Both the position numbers and the translations under genes were made by a program. The notes below the pieces were generated by a model. That model was given only the letters and a program-made list of their open reading frames with translations, made no database searches and had not been told where the DNA came from. A stretch of DNA of 64,000 bases. It comes from a virus (lineage: Duplodnaviria; Heunggongvirae; Uroviricota; Caudoviricetes). Below are positions 1 through 8,847 of this stretch, piece after piece. The stretch covers positions 32,001-96,000 of the IMG/VR virus record IMGVR_UViG_2908567220_000002, one strand, 5' to 3'. Each line of letters begins with the position of its first letter. Position 1 is the first letter of the stretch.

Positions 1-39
1 ACAAACAAAAACAATCAACTGAACAAAAAAGAAAATAAA

Positions 40-573
40 TCATCTTGTTAACCTGAAATGTTTAGAAAAAGATGACTTAAAACTTGCAACAGGCTCCAAT
101 ACAGCATGTAAATCTCTTGTAAACCACTTAGTTTCCTGCATGCCCATTTTCAGTAACTTTGAAAGTTGATTGTTACAAGCAATAAAATCTCTCTTGAAAT
201 CATTTATACCCGATGTTTTTTTTGCACAGAACCCAGCAATTAGTTTTTTTACAGGAATTCCGCAACACCAGGCCAACTCCTCCTCAAAATTTCTTTTCTG
301 CTGCAAAAGATAAACTTTATGCCCTCTGTTTTTAAGGAACTTTACATTTTCAATGAATCTTGCAGATTGCTCCACTTCATCACTATCAAAGACAATTAGT
401 ATATCACTTCCCTTCGGAATAGTAATCGCATAATTTCTTATGCTCTCTTGCCAAAAGTTTCTTTTTACAATTGATTTGGCATCAATAACTCTCTGTTGTT
501 TCATCTTCTGAAAAAGAGAGTTTTCTGTTTCACCTTCGACAAAAATTATTCTTATTTTAGACAACCCCGCCAT
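40..573 (-). CDS. RloB-like (AbiLii-like) TOPRIM-type partner of upstream ATPase; putative abortive-infection effector
   Basis: 177 aa ORF; N-terminal RIIFVEGETE motif typical of RloB/OLD-TOPRIM family; start overlaps ATPase stop by 1 nt (TGATG). Confidence 0.6.
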   Translation of the reverse strand: MAGLSKIRIIFVEGETENSLFQKMKQQRVIDAKSIVKRNFWQESIRNYAITIPKGSDILIVFDSDEVEQSARFIENVKFLKNRGHKVYLLQQKRNFEEELAWCCGIPVKKLIAGFCAKKTSGINDFKRDFIACNNQLSKLLKMGMQETKWFTRDLHAVLEPVASFKSSFSKHFRLTR

Positions 574-1853
574 CAGAGTAGCTCCGATACTAATGATGTG
601 TCAGGTAAGACACCAAAGACATCTCTCTCAACAGCGTTTCGCATGCTACGGTCATTTTTTTTAACAACTGAATTTGCTTCAACAAACTCCGAATAGTCTT
701 TCGTTTTTTTAATAAAAATGAACGAGTGAACAGGCAGATCCAACTCAAAAATATCCATGTTATGTGTTGTATAGAAAAACTGAGTATTTTCTTTCAAATT
801 AGATATAATCAGCGCCACAATCATACGCTCTAACTCTGAATGTGTATAAGCCAATTTCTCGTCAAGAAAATAAGTCATTGATGGTATTAGAGATTGCTTA
901 CCTAGTCTTTCACAATCAGAGATAATAGCGCTTATAAAATGCGCTACCGTCACTGCCTCGTATGTTCCTCGAGAAAGACGGTCTGAGTTAATTATTTCAC
1001 CTTTACTGGTAACGACAAGAGAATCAGAGTTTTTAAATTTAATCAGATAAACCGCAGATGATTTATTTTCATCCCCGTCACTTTCAGACTCCAGCATCTC
1101 GGTAACTCCTATAATACTTGAATCGAAAGTGCGAATTATCCTTTCAAGAATATTTTTATTCATTCCTGAAATTGCAGTGGTACTCTCTTTAGTTTCAGAC
1201 AACAAATAGTACCATCCACCAAAAAACTTAAGTTGCTTGAAAAACTCCAATACAACTGGTTCGCTATCAGTAGCTAGTTCCTGAAAAAAATATTCTGTAT
1301 CTCCTGGGGCCCTTCCAGAAAAGAGTTGATTCAGTTTTTCTGTGGTTTTATAGCAAGAATCATTTAATGCTATTTGAACAAAACCATATTTAATTTCTTT
1401 GATTATGTGCGCTCCGCCTTCACTGGTAGCAAAGCGTACATACAAACGATGATGAAAATGTTCCTCCGTAGCAAAGTCCACTTCAAACGAAGCATCATTA
1501 TTTTTATTATTCACTCGCAGATTACTCCGCAACTCTTTGGTTCTTAGAAACACCTGAATTCCACAAAGAATTCGCCCTAGTGACGTCTTACCTGAAGCAT
1601 TCCCCCCCGTTATGATACAGACTTTTTTATAGTAAAATTTAGGCCGTCCAGCCAAAAACTCCCCATCAAGAGGCATGTTTACAGGTTTCCTTGGATAGGA
1701 CAGGTTAAGCTCTGCATCCTCAAAAGCGTACAAATTGATAAATCTCAATCGTGTAAATATCATTCTTATCTTCCATATGTTGGAACTTAACGTAAGTATT
1801 GTCCAGACCTTGATGAACGTCAACAAGATTGATAGCTGATGCACTTCTATCAT
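573..1853 (-). CDS. ABC/AAA-type ATPase (AbiLi-like), first gene of two-gene putative defence pair
   Basis: Walker A GGNASGKTS, Walker B YFLDE, C-terminal TTHN H-loop-like motif; likely true start at internal Met MIFTRLRF (about 1763), where a GGAAG RBS precedes ATG. Confidence 0.65.
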   Translation of the reverse strand: MIEVHQLSILLTFIKVWTILTLSSNIWKIRMIFTRLRFINLYAFEDAELNLSYPRKPVNMPLDGEFLAGRPKFYYKKVCIITGGNASGKTSLGRILCGIQVFLRTKELRSNLRVNNKNNDASFEVDFATEEHFHHRLYVRFATSEGGAHIIKEIKYGFVQIALNDSCYKTTEKLNQLFSGRAPGDTEYFFQELATDSEPVVLEFFKQLKFFGGWYYLLSETKESTTAISGMNKNILERIIRTFDSSIIGVTEMLESESDGDENKSSAVYLIKFKNSDSLVVTSKGEIINSDRLSRGTYEAVTVAHFISAIISDCERLGKQSLIPSMTYFLDEKLAYTHSELERMIVALIISNLKENTQFFYTTHNMDIFELDLPVHSFIFIKKTKDYSEFVEANSVVKKNDRSMRNAVERDVFGVLPDTSLVSELL

Positions 1854-2410
1854 CAGTTATCAGAAAAGCACCGAAGTGCCACGCACATTGGAAGGAAAAG
1901 CATGGTTTCAGCCATCGCCAACCAAACATCAATGCGATTTCTACAAGTTTTCAGGCTCCAGTCAGGGTGATTCTTTTTTAACTGTTCTGCCATTTTCAGC
2001 TTGCTCATTCCCAGCCCTTCATATCTTTGTCGGAGGATACAAATCAATCCCGGATGCTCTGCCAACACTTCACTAATTACCCGATCGATACATAACGCCT
2101 CGGCATCAGTACAATAAGCCAGCCCGCTCTTTTGCTTGCTGTTGATCATCTCACGCAAAAACGCTTCCAGCTCAGTTTTATCAATCCCTGATTTTTTTAT
2201 TCTGCGCAGAGCTTCATTGATCGCAGTTTTTGTAAGTGTTTTGGATGCCAGCAACTGATTGAACATATTTCCTGGTTTGCCACCACCTATGTACGACCAA
2301 CGCCCCCACATCCGTAATTTCCCCTGGATCCAGACGGCTTCCAGCGTTTTTAGACGTAAATGCTCGCCGCTTTTGCCTGTAATTTCCGGGTATATCATAT
2401 TTACGATCAC
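1853..2410 (-). CDS. putative late antiterminator Q-like protein (prophage A)
   Basis: 185 aa ORF immediately downstream of rusA in early-right operon, the canonical Q position; assignment mainly positional. Confidence 0.5.
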   Translation of the reverse strand: MIVNMIYPEITGKSGEHLRLKTLEAVWIQGKLRMWGRWSYIGGGKPGNMFNQLLASKTLTKTAINEALRRIKKSGIDKTELEAFLREMINSKQKSGLAYCTDAEALCIDRVISEVLAEHPGLICILRQRYEGLGMSKLKMAEQLKKNHPDWSLKTCRNRIDVWLAMAETMLFLPMCVALRCFSDN

Positions 2411-2416
2411 TCACTC

Positions 2417-2767
2417 TCAATTTTGTAAATCTTCACGCCCAGCCGCCCCCCCAGGAACGCGCTGACCGCGCACAATATTGATTTCATCAAACTGCTCGTC
2501 GTCTATGAGAAGTCCGGCATGCGTCAGCGCATCCAGTGGTGCTTTCAGAATATTGTCCAGGTCACAACGGCGCTTATCCGGTGGCTCTGCAATAATCTTT
2601 ATCGCCAGCCTTCCGGACAGGTTTAATTTCAGTCGCTGCTGGCGAACAATTAGCGCCACATCACGGCGATAACGCTCACCGGCTTTTGAAACAAAATATG
2701 TGCTGCCACGACGTCGCCAGTAGGTATTCACCGTCGGCGGGTAAGGCAAAACAAACTCTATACGCAT
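2417..2767 (-). CDS. rusA: Holliday junction resolvase RusA
   Basis: 116 aa; LPYPPTVNTYWRRRG and DLDNILKAPLDALTHAG motifs characteristic of RusA. Confidence 0.9.
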   Translation of the reverse strand: MRIEFVLPYPPTVNTYWRRRGSTYFVSKAGERYRRDVALIVRQQRLKLNLSGRLAIKIIAEPPDKRRCDLDNILKAPLDALTHAGLLIDDEQFDEINIVRGQRVPGGAAGREDLQN

Positions 2768-2779
2768 CAGTAACCTCTT

Positions 2780-3829
2780 TTACCCGAGCACGCCGGTTGC
2801 AAAGGCGTGATCAAGAAAACGAAAAATTAAATCAACCTGAGAACCATGCTTTTCTTCGAACGCCAGCGGATCCGCATGAAGTTCGTTGTGATGCTCCCGG
2901 CACAGCGGTAGCGTGAAAATATCGTGAGCTTTTGTCCCCATTCCGCCCTGAGCATGACCAATCAGGTGATGGGGATCATCAGCTGGCTTACCACAGCACG
3001 AACACGGCTGTGTCTTTACCCAGCGTGTGTATTTCTCATTGACCCAACGGCGACGTTTAGGTCGTTTCATGAAAGATTCTGGAGACTCCGGATCAACAGT
3101 GATGCTGACCACCGTCTTTTTGTGAGGCGGGTTTTGTTGCTGGTAGGCGTGGCGCAGCGGCACAATATTTTTTGTGCGCTGCTTCAGTATGCTGGTGGCG
3201 CTCTGCTCTCCCGGTACGATGTCACTTTCGCGATACACCGAGTGGATTTTTTCCGCACGTAACCCCAGAGAACGACGTAATACTGCTTCCGGTAGCGCGT
3301 CCGCCACCTGATTGCAGACCGCCCACCAGGATAATTCAGCCAAAGATAATTCACGCTCCTGCGTACCGCTTATTGCGTGACCGATGACGTCAATCATCCA
3401 TGCTGACAGGTTTTGATGAGCAAGTTGCTCGAGTGATTCGGATGTCTGGTCACGCAGCTGGTTGTCGCAGTGCCAGCACAACACCATTGCGCCGGTACCA
3501 TAACGGTGAATGACGGTTTCGCTGTGATGATAATCGCCGTGTGGCCACTGGCAGGATTTAATATGGCGCAACAGCCAGTCAGACAATGCACCAGCACCAC
3601 CAGCAGCACGAATCACCCGTGCGTTACTGAAAAACGGCAGCAATGTTTTGTCTTCCACCAGCGGCTGGCGAGCGGCGGGAACAACCCCGGACGGCAGATT
3701 ACGCATGCTTTTCGGTTCCGGCTCCACCAGTACCCGGGTATTGTGGAATACCGGCATGGATTCACGGCCCGGCTTAACGATCACCAGCCCGAGTTCCGGT
3801 ACCAGAACAGGTCGAAGTAATACCCGCAC
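2780..3829 (-). CDS. DUF968 (YdfU-like) nin-region protein
   Basis: 349 aa; C-terminal CSCCGKP...HHLIGH...CREHHNELH zinc/HNH-like motif; sits between rusA and Rem-like gene as ydfU does in Qin. Confidence 0.7.
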   Translation of the reverse strand: MRVLLRPVLVPELGLVIVKPGRESMPVFHNTRVLVEPEPKSMRNLPSGVVPAARQPLVEDKTLLPFFSNARVIRAAGGAGALSDWLLRHIKSCQWPHGDYHHSETVIHRYGTGAMVLCWHCDNQLRDQTSESLEQLAHQNLSAWMIDVIGHAISGTQERELSLAELSWWAVCNQVADALPEAVLRRSLGLRAEKIHSVYRESDIVPGEQSATSILKQRTKNIVPLRHAYQQQNPPHKKTVVSITVDPESPESFMKRPKRRRWVNEKYTRWVKTQPCSCCGKPADDPHHLIGHAQGGMGTKAHDIFTLPLCREHHNELHADPLAFEEKHGSQVDLIFRFLDHAFATGVLG

Positions 3830-3830
3830 G

Positions 3831-4103
3831 TTACCTCCAGATGCGTTGCTGGAATGTGCGGGACGGACGCGGTGGGCGTTCGGAGTAAGGAAGCCTGACG
3901 GAGATTATCCAGTGACGATAATCGAGGCTGAGGGCTTTCTTAATCTCGTATCCGTGTCTGCGGTAGCACTGAATTAGCCACTCGACCTGTTCTTCAGTAC
4001 ATGGTGGGTGTTGGTACCAGTCGGTTTTAAATGCGTGTGAACGCCGCCCATGCCGGATGGCAAGGTCGGTATCAGAATTGTGAAATTTGGTTTTGTGCGC
4101 CAT
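3831..4103 (-). CDS. Rem-like small phage protein
   Basis: 90 aa ORF between hok and DUF968, matching Qin gene order; near-identical second copy at 51421..51699. Confidence 0.5.
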   Translation of the reverse strand: MAHKTKFHNSDTDLAIRHGRRSHAFKTDWYQHPPCTEEQVEWLIQCYRRHGYEIKKALSLDYRHWIISVRLPYSERPPRPSRTFQQRIWR

Positions 4104-4174
4104 CTGTTTTCTCTGCTGGCGCAGCAGGTGTCAGGTGTTCAGGCTGACGTGCGAATTGTAAACCAGAATGCCAG

Positions 4175-4202
4175 GAAAAAACAAAACCCGCCGAAGCGGG
4201 TT
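4175..4202 (-). terminator. rho-independent terminator downstream of hok
   Basis: minus-strand hairpin AACCCGCttcgGCGGGTT followed by T-run; same element recurs downstream of hok copy 2. Confidence 0.45.
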
Positions 4203-4270
4203 AAGTGCGGGTGCGTTGAGGATGCCTGACTCATCAGAGGTGGCGAGGGATTTCTCCCTCGCCTGGTCTC

Positions 4271-4426
4271 TTACTCCTCAGGTTCGTAAGCTGTGAAGAC
4301 AGCGACCTCCGTCTGGCCGGTTCGGATTCGTACCTCGCAGAGGTCTTTCCTCGTTACCAGTGCCGTCATTATGACGGTTAAACAGATGACGATCAGGGCG
4401 ATTAACATCGCCTTTTGCTGCTTCAT
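4271..4426 (-). CDS. hokD: Hok/Gef family type I toxin (HokD/RelF-like), 51 aa
   Basis: MKQQKAMLIALIVICLTVIMTALVTRKDLCEVRIRTGQTEVAVFTAYEPEE; track ORF 4271..4483 extends upstream in frame, true start at internal Met. Confidence 0.8.
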   Translation of the reverse strand: MKQQKAMLIALIVICLTVIMTALVTRKDLCEVRIRTGQTEVAVFTAYEPEE

Positions 4427-4836
4427 AGCCTGCTTCTCCTTGCCTTTCGGCACGTAAGAGGCTAACCTAGATTTGCCGTTCATAGATTGAGCCTCAGATT
4501 AATGTATAAGCGTCTTGCAGGACGCATAATGTTAACTGGGGCTTTTCTCTATCTGCCTTTGGTGTTCATGCTTGAGGCAGATAGCCTCAAGCACCCGCAG
4601 CAATTTTACTTAACTCCCCTTTTCCCACAAATCGTTTTTATCCCTACTGGTAATGTTCTCCCGATGTGGGATTCCCACATTGGAACGAATTCAATCAGTT
4701 AAAGACTCATCAGAATCTCACCTTTCTAAGTGCCCACAGGTGAGGCATTGCAATAAAAATAGCAAACGTGTATAAAAGGAGGTAATGCATGTTTTTCCAG
4801 TCTTATCAATCCATTACTGAGAGTTAAGGGGGCGCC

Positions 4837-5631
4837 GTGGATCGGTGCGGTAATTATTTACTTAAAGATGGTCGCAGTTTAGGACAAGGGAGTTTTGGCG
4901 AAGTATTTAAGGTTGATGTCTATAACTTAACCCAGACCCACATGACCACATATGCTCGCAAATACTTTTCACCTTGCCCGGACTTTGACAAGACCGCTAT
5001 AAAAGAGTTGACTGATTTAAGACAGCGTTTTTTAGTTGAGATCAAAACACAATGCACTCTCAATAGAATAAACTATGATTCAATAGCGCCAATAGTTTTA
5101 TTTAATACAAATGGTGATAAACCTTATTTTGTTATGGAATTGGCAGAGTGTAACTTATATGAAGCCATCCGCAATGGTATGAATTACGCGGAGAGGAAGT
5201 CTGCTGTTACTCAGATTTTAAAAGGAATTATCACCATACATGAAAACAACTATATACATCGTGATTTAAAACCAGGAAACATACTTTATTATGCCGATGG
5301 AAAGTATAAAATATCTGATTTTGGTCTAGTAAAAGACAGAGATACCTTACGGGCCGAAATCAAAACAAAATTTAAGCCTAATCACATGGGCACAGATGGA
5401 TATCGAGCGCCCGAAATACATGATAGCGGTCTTTTTTCTTTTCAAAGCGACATATTTGCAGCAGGTAAAATTATCACTGATATATATCCCACAGAAAGAA
5501 GTGAAAAATTAAAAAGATTGATTGCAAAATGTTGCGCACATTGGCCTGAAGAACGATATCAAAGCACACGGGAGTTACTGGAAGATTTTTTAAAAGTGAC
5601 GGGGGAGGTAAATCATGAAGAACATAATTGA
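4837..5631 (+). CDS. Hanks-type Ser/Thr protein kinase
   Basis: 264 aa; glycine loop GQGSFGEV, catalytic loop HRDLKPGN, DFG and APE motifs; GTG start with AAGGGGG RBS. Confidence 0.85.
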   Translation: MDRCGNYLLKDGRSLGQGSFGEVFKVDVYNLTQTHMTTYARKYFSPCPDFDKTAIKELTDLRQRFLVEIKTQCTLNRINYDSIAPIVLFNTNGDKPYFVMELAECNLYEAIRNGMNYAERKSAVTQILKGIITIHENNYIHRDLKPGNILYYADGKYKISDFGLVKDRDTLRAEIKTKFKPNHMGTDGYRAPEIHDSGLFSFQSDIFAAGKIITDIYPTERSEKLKRLIAKCCAHWPEERYQSTRELLEDFLKVTGEVNHEEHN

Positions 5632-6331
5632 AATGGCATGTTTTAGCCTAAAACAACCCCAAAAAAAAGAAAATGAAGACTTTTATTTACCGCCATCTTT
5701 TGATAGCGATTTTAACATTGTCTTTGCAGTAGCTGATGGGGTTGGTTCCTCTGAACATTCAATGCTTGCATCTCATGCAGCCATTCGTGGCATTAGACAC
5801 ACGCTAGGCACTTCCTTTTTCTCAATTGAAAGTGCATTTCATTCAGCTAAAAAAGAAATTGACAATTTAGATATTAGCACTGCCACAACCTTAACAATTG
5901 TTCAGATCAAAAAAAATGAAGTGTTAATTGGTCATTCCGGTGATTGCCGAGTATACTTCAATAAAAACAACAAACTAAATCAGTTAACCACTGATCAAAC
6001 GAGATATCAAGAACTCCTTGATTCTGGTGAACATAAATTACGTAATTTAAGAAATCATAAAGAACGGCTATCTTCAGTCCTAACGAATGCTTTATCAAAT
6101 ACAACGGATTTGAATTTTGAGTTAATGTCTTTTCCGATTAGCCAGCTAATTTATAATGGCTATCTTCAACTCTATGCAATGACTGATGGTGCCTATAAGC
6201 ATTGGGATGTCAGACCAAGGTTTTCTGAGAAGACAATGCTCTCACCAACAGCTTTTGCGAGTAGTTTAAGAAAAAGGATTGAGAAAAACATAATGGATGA
6301 TTACACTTTTATAGGCGTAAAAGTAACCTAA
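5615..6331 (+). CDS. PP2C/PPM-family Ser/Thr phosphatase
   Basis: 238 aa; VADGVGS, GDCRVY and MTDGAY metal-binding motifs; GGAGG RBS; start overlaps kinase 3-prime end by 17 nt. Confidence 0.8.
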   Translation: MKNIIEMACFSLKQPQKKENEDFYLPPSFDSDFNIVFAVADGVGSSEHSMLASHAAIRGIRHTLGTSFFSIESAFHSAKKEIDNLDISTATTLTIVQIKKNEVLIGHSGDCRVYFNKNNKLNQLTTDQTRYQELLDSGEHKLRNLRNHKERLSSVLTNALSNTTDLNFELMSFPISQLIYNGYLQLYAMTDGAYKHWDVRPRFSEKTMLSPTAFASSLRKRIEKNIMDDYTFIGVKVT

Positions 6332-6590
6332 TTTTAGATATCCAAGATATTTACTCTAATTTAACCATAGTATTCCCAACCTCTTTTTATTGGGGGTTGG
6401 GTTCATTAAAGTCACCATTTTCTATTTCTTTCCCGTTAGAGGATATATTATTTCCAGATAAAGAAAGCAACTTCTTATGCAACTTCATATCACGCCATGC
6501 TTCCACCGCGGTAACTCTACATAGTCCATTAACAGTTCATGCCATTCTTCAAAACTGGCGTTATATTTAGTTGAAGCAAAATCAGCCATT

Positions 6591-6764
6591 TTATTCTTCC
6601 TCTTCGTCTTTTATTTCGTGATATGAGTAATTGCAGTAGTTAAAGAAAATATCTTTTGCTTCGTCATGTATTTCATCAGGCGTCGCATCATCATCCACTT
6701 CGAATTCATCCTCGAAATCTCCACCGGCTATTCCCGTTTCAATAATTATTTTGAACTTTCGCAT
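6591..6764 (-). CDS. small acidic hypothetical protein (57 aa)
   Basis: manually translated minus-strand ORF MRKFKIIIETGIAGGDFEDEF..., below the 60 aa track cutoff; followed by a 34 aa ORF. Confidence 0.3.
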   Translation of the reverse strand: MRKFKIIIETGIAGGDFEDEFEVDDDATPDEIHDEAKDIFFNYCNYSYHEIKDEEEE

Positions 6765-6853
6765 TTAACTACCGCCCTGCCGGACAGCCTCCTGATGTTC
6801 TGAGGGCGCCCCCCTCCGGTTAAGGATTAAATTTTTAACAGTGCTAAATTTAA

Positions 6854-7210
6854 TTATTCAGTTCTTGATTTTGTCGCCCTGCGTATCCGCGCTTTCGCGT
6901 TACGCTCAATCTGAATTAGCTTTTCTATATTTTTCCGCCTTTCCTGTTCCTCCTGGAGCAATAACCTTACATCATCTGCCAGTCTGGTTTCTCTTTTCGC
7001 CACAGAGAGCATCCAGTCAAATGGCTCCACAACTGCACCGCAGATTTTACAGCGGACCTGACGCTCTTTTTCGTCAACCCGGACAGAGGCGTGATGGCAA
7101 TATGGTCTTTCCGATGGCTCATAAAGAAAATTAACCTGATTACGAGGGTCATCCTCTTTTGCCGGAAATAAAACGATATTGCTTAACTCATCTTCTGGTT
7201 TTATTTCCAT
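6854..7210 (-). CDS. hypothetical phage protein with Cys/His cluster
   Basis: track ORF 6854..7291; probable start at MEIKPEDEL; CHH...CKIC motif. Confidence 0.45.
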   Translation of the reverse strand: MEIKPEDELSNIVLFPAKEDDPRNQVNFLYEPSERPYCHHASVRVDEKERQVRCKICGAVVEPFDWMLSVAKRETRLADDVRLLLQEEQERRKNIEKLIQIERNAKARIRRATKSRTE

Positions 7211-7907
7211 GCTCCTCTCCTTTGATGCGAATGCCAGCGGCGCGTGGCACATTAACTTCCACGATGCGCACAGTTGGTTTGTACATCTCAATCGCTGTCA
7301 GCCAGTCAGCTCCTGTCATGCGTTTTTCCGCATCGCCATTAGTCCACTGAACCGGCACACCAATAGCCTTCATCGCGATTTCTATTTCCCCGGCAATGGC
7401 GCTTTTTCCGCAACCAGTAAAACCAGATACAACGACAAGAACTTCGCCTTTGGCTGGTTTTATTTCCCGTGCTTCCAGTTCTGCTATGCGCTTACTTCCA
7501 TCCGCGATTACTCCCTCGTAATACTCACGCTGCTCGTTGAGTTTTGATTTTGCTGCTTCAAGCTCAACGCGCAGCTTCCCTACCGTTAGCGCAATCTCCT
7601 CGTTCTCCTGGTCGCGGCGTTTTATGTATTGCTGGTTTCTTTCCCGTTCATCCAGCAGTGCCAGTACGGTAGCCGGGTTAGCCTCTGCTATAAATGCTGC
7701 GTTTGCATAAGCCTGAGCATCTGTTTCAACCAGGCAGTTAGCATGACATTCTGCAATCACGCCACCGGGTTCTCCTTTCCATTTTTGACAAACAAAAACT
7801 CCTGTTAAATTGCCGTACTGGTTAACAGATGTATGCCCTACGATGTAGCTTCCTTTAGTTGCTTTTTCTGCCTTGGCACGCAGTACCTGATAGTCAATCT
7901 TGCTCAC
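7188..7907 (-). CDS. ea22-like early protein
   Basis: 239 aa with coiled-coil middle region, resembles Ea22 family of lambdoid early-left/right regions. Confidence 0.55.
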   Translation of the reverse strand: MSKIDYQVLRAKAEKATKGSYIVGHTSVNQYGNLTGVFVCQKWKGEPGGVIAECHANCLVETDAQAYANAAFIAEANPATVLALLDERERNQQYIKRRDQENEEIALTVGKLRVELEAAKSKLNEQREYYEGVIADGSKRIAELEAREIKPAKGEVLVVVSGFTGCGKSAIAGEIEIAMKAIGVPVQWTNGDAEKRMTGADWLTAIEMYKPTVRIVEVNVPRAAGIRIKGEEHGNKTRR

Positions 7908-8388
7908 TGGTTGCCTCCTTCACAAAAATAATCCAATGTGTTTTATCGTTCTTGCCGGTGCGCTGGCTGATGATTGGTTTCGCGTCGGTTAGTGCCAATA
8001 TCTGGCGGACAGGCACTTGCGTTTCATTCCATTTAAAAATCAGAATGCCGTGTGGCCACAACACACGAAAGGCTTCTTTAAATCCCTGCCTCAAATCATC
8101 ACGCCAGGTATCTTTATTCAGCCGCCCATATTTCTTTCCCATCCAGGCGTTATCACCAACACGCTCAAGATGCGGAGGGTCGAATACAACAACCGGAAAC
8201 GATGCGTCTGCAAATGGTAATGCACGAAAATCTGCTATCAGGTCAGGGCTAATTATCAGTCGTCGTCCATCACATAATGTGTGCTCTTCCTTTCTGATAT
8301 CGCTAAATATCGCCCGGTCGTCATTCTTATCGAACCAGAACATGCGGCTGCCACAGCACATATCAAGAATGGTTGCCGGTGCACTCAC
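7894..8388 (-). CDS. putative DNA methyltransferase (small, DPPH motif)
   Basis: 164 aa; SAM-binding-like LDMCCGSR and catalytic-like VVFDPPH motifs. Confidence 0.5.
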   Translation of the reverse strand: MSAPATILDMCCGSRMFWFDKNDDRAIFSDIRKEEHTLCDGRRLIISPDLIADFRALPFADASFPVVVFDPPHLERVGDNAWMGKKYGRLNKDTWRDDLRQGFKEAFRVLWPHGILIFKWNETQVPVRQILALTDAKPIISQRTGKNDKTHWIIFVKEATSEQD

Positions 8389-8807
8389 TGCGCTACCTCC
8401 TGAAAATTACCCTGATAAAACGACAATATGCGCTGCATAACTTCGCTCTTCCGGCACTCACAGCAAATTATATTTTGGTGCCTGTCATAACGACGTATTT
8501 CTCCGTCTGGTAATGACCAGATAAGATCCGGATCAGCCACAGATGCTTTCTTCACTTTCGCCCTCGAGAGTTTTTTGCGGGCGTTTTGCCAGTCCTTACG
8601 CGCCTGCTCAGACGGGAATAACCCGTAACCAGAGTTGTATACATCGCCGCTGGCAACCAGCTCTCTTGCGAGAACGCTCATCAGATATCTTGTCGCACCT
8701 GTCTTGACTTCCAGTTGCCGTAACGTCTCACGCCCACTCTGGCGTACGAGTTCAACAACCTGTCCTTTAATTTTTTCCCGCTCTTCTTGTGTAAAAACTT
8801 TTGCCAC
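8385..8807 (-). CDS. conserved hypothetical phage protein, possible winged-helix
   Basis: 140 aa; homolog in prophage B at 55796..56218. Confidence 0.5.
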   Translation of the reverse strand: MAKVFTQEEREKIKGQVVELVRQSGRETLRQLEVKTGATRYLMSVLARELVASGDVYNSGYGLFPSEQARKDWQNARKKLSRAKVKKASVADPDLIWSLPDGEIRRYDRHQNIICCECRKSEVMQRILSFYQGNFQEVAQ

Positions 8808-8847
8808 AAGCCCTCCTGAAAATTACCTCATGACCAGAAATTAACAC

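Noticed and set aside
1720-1932. 70 aa minus-strand ORF spanning the Q / ATPase junction
   Set aside because: Alternate-frame ORF overlapping two better-supported genes; no motif.
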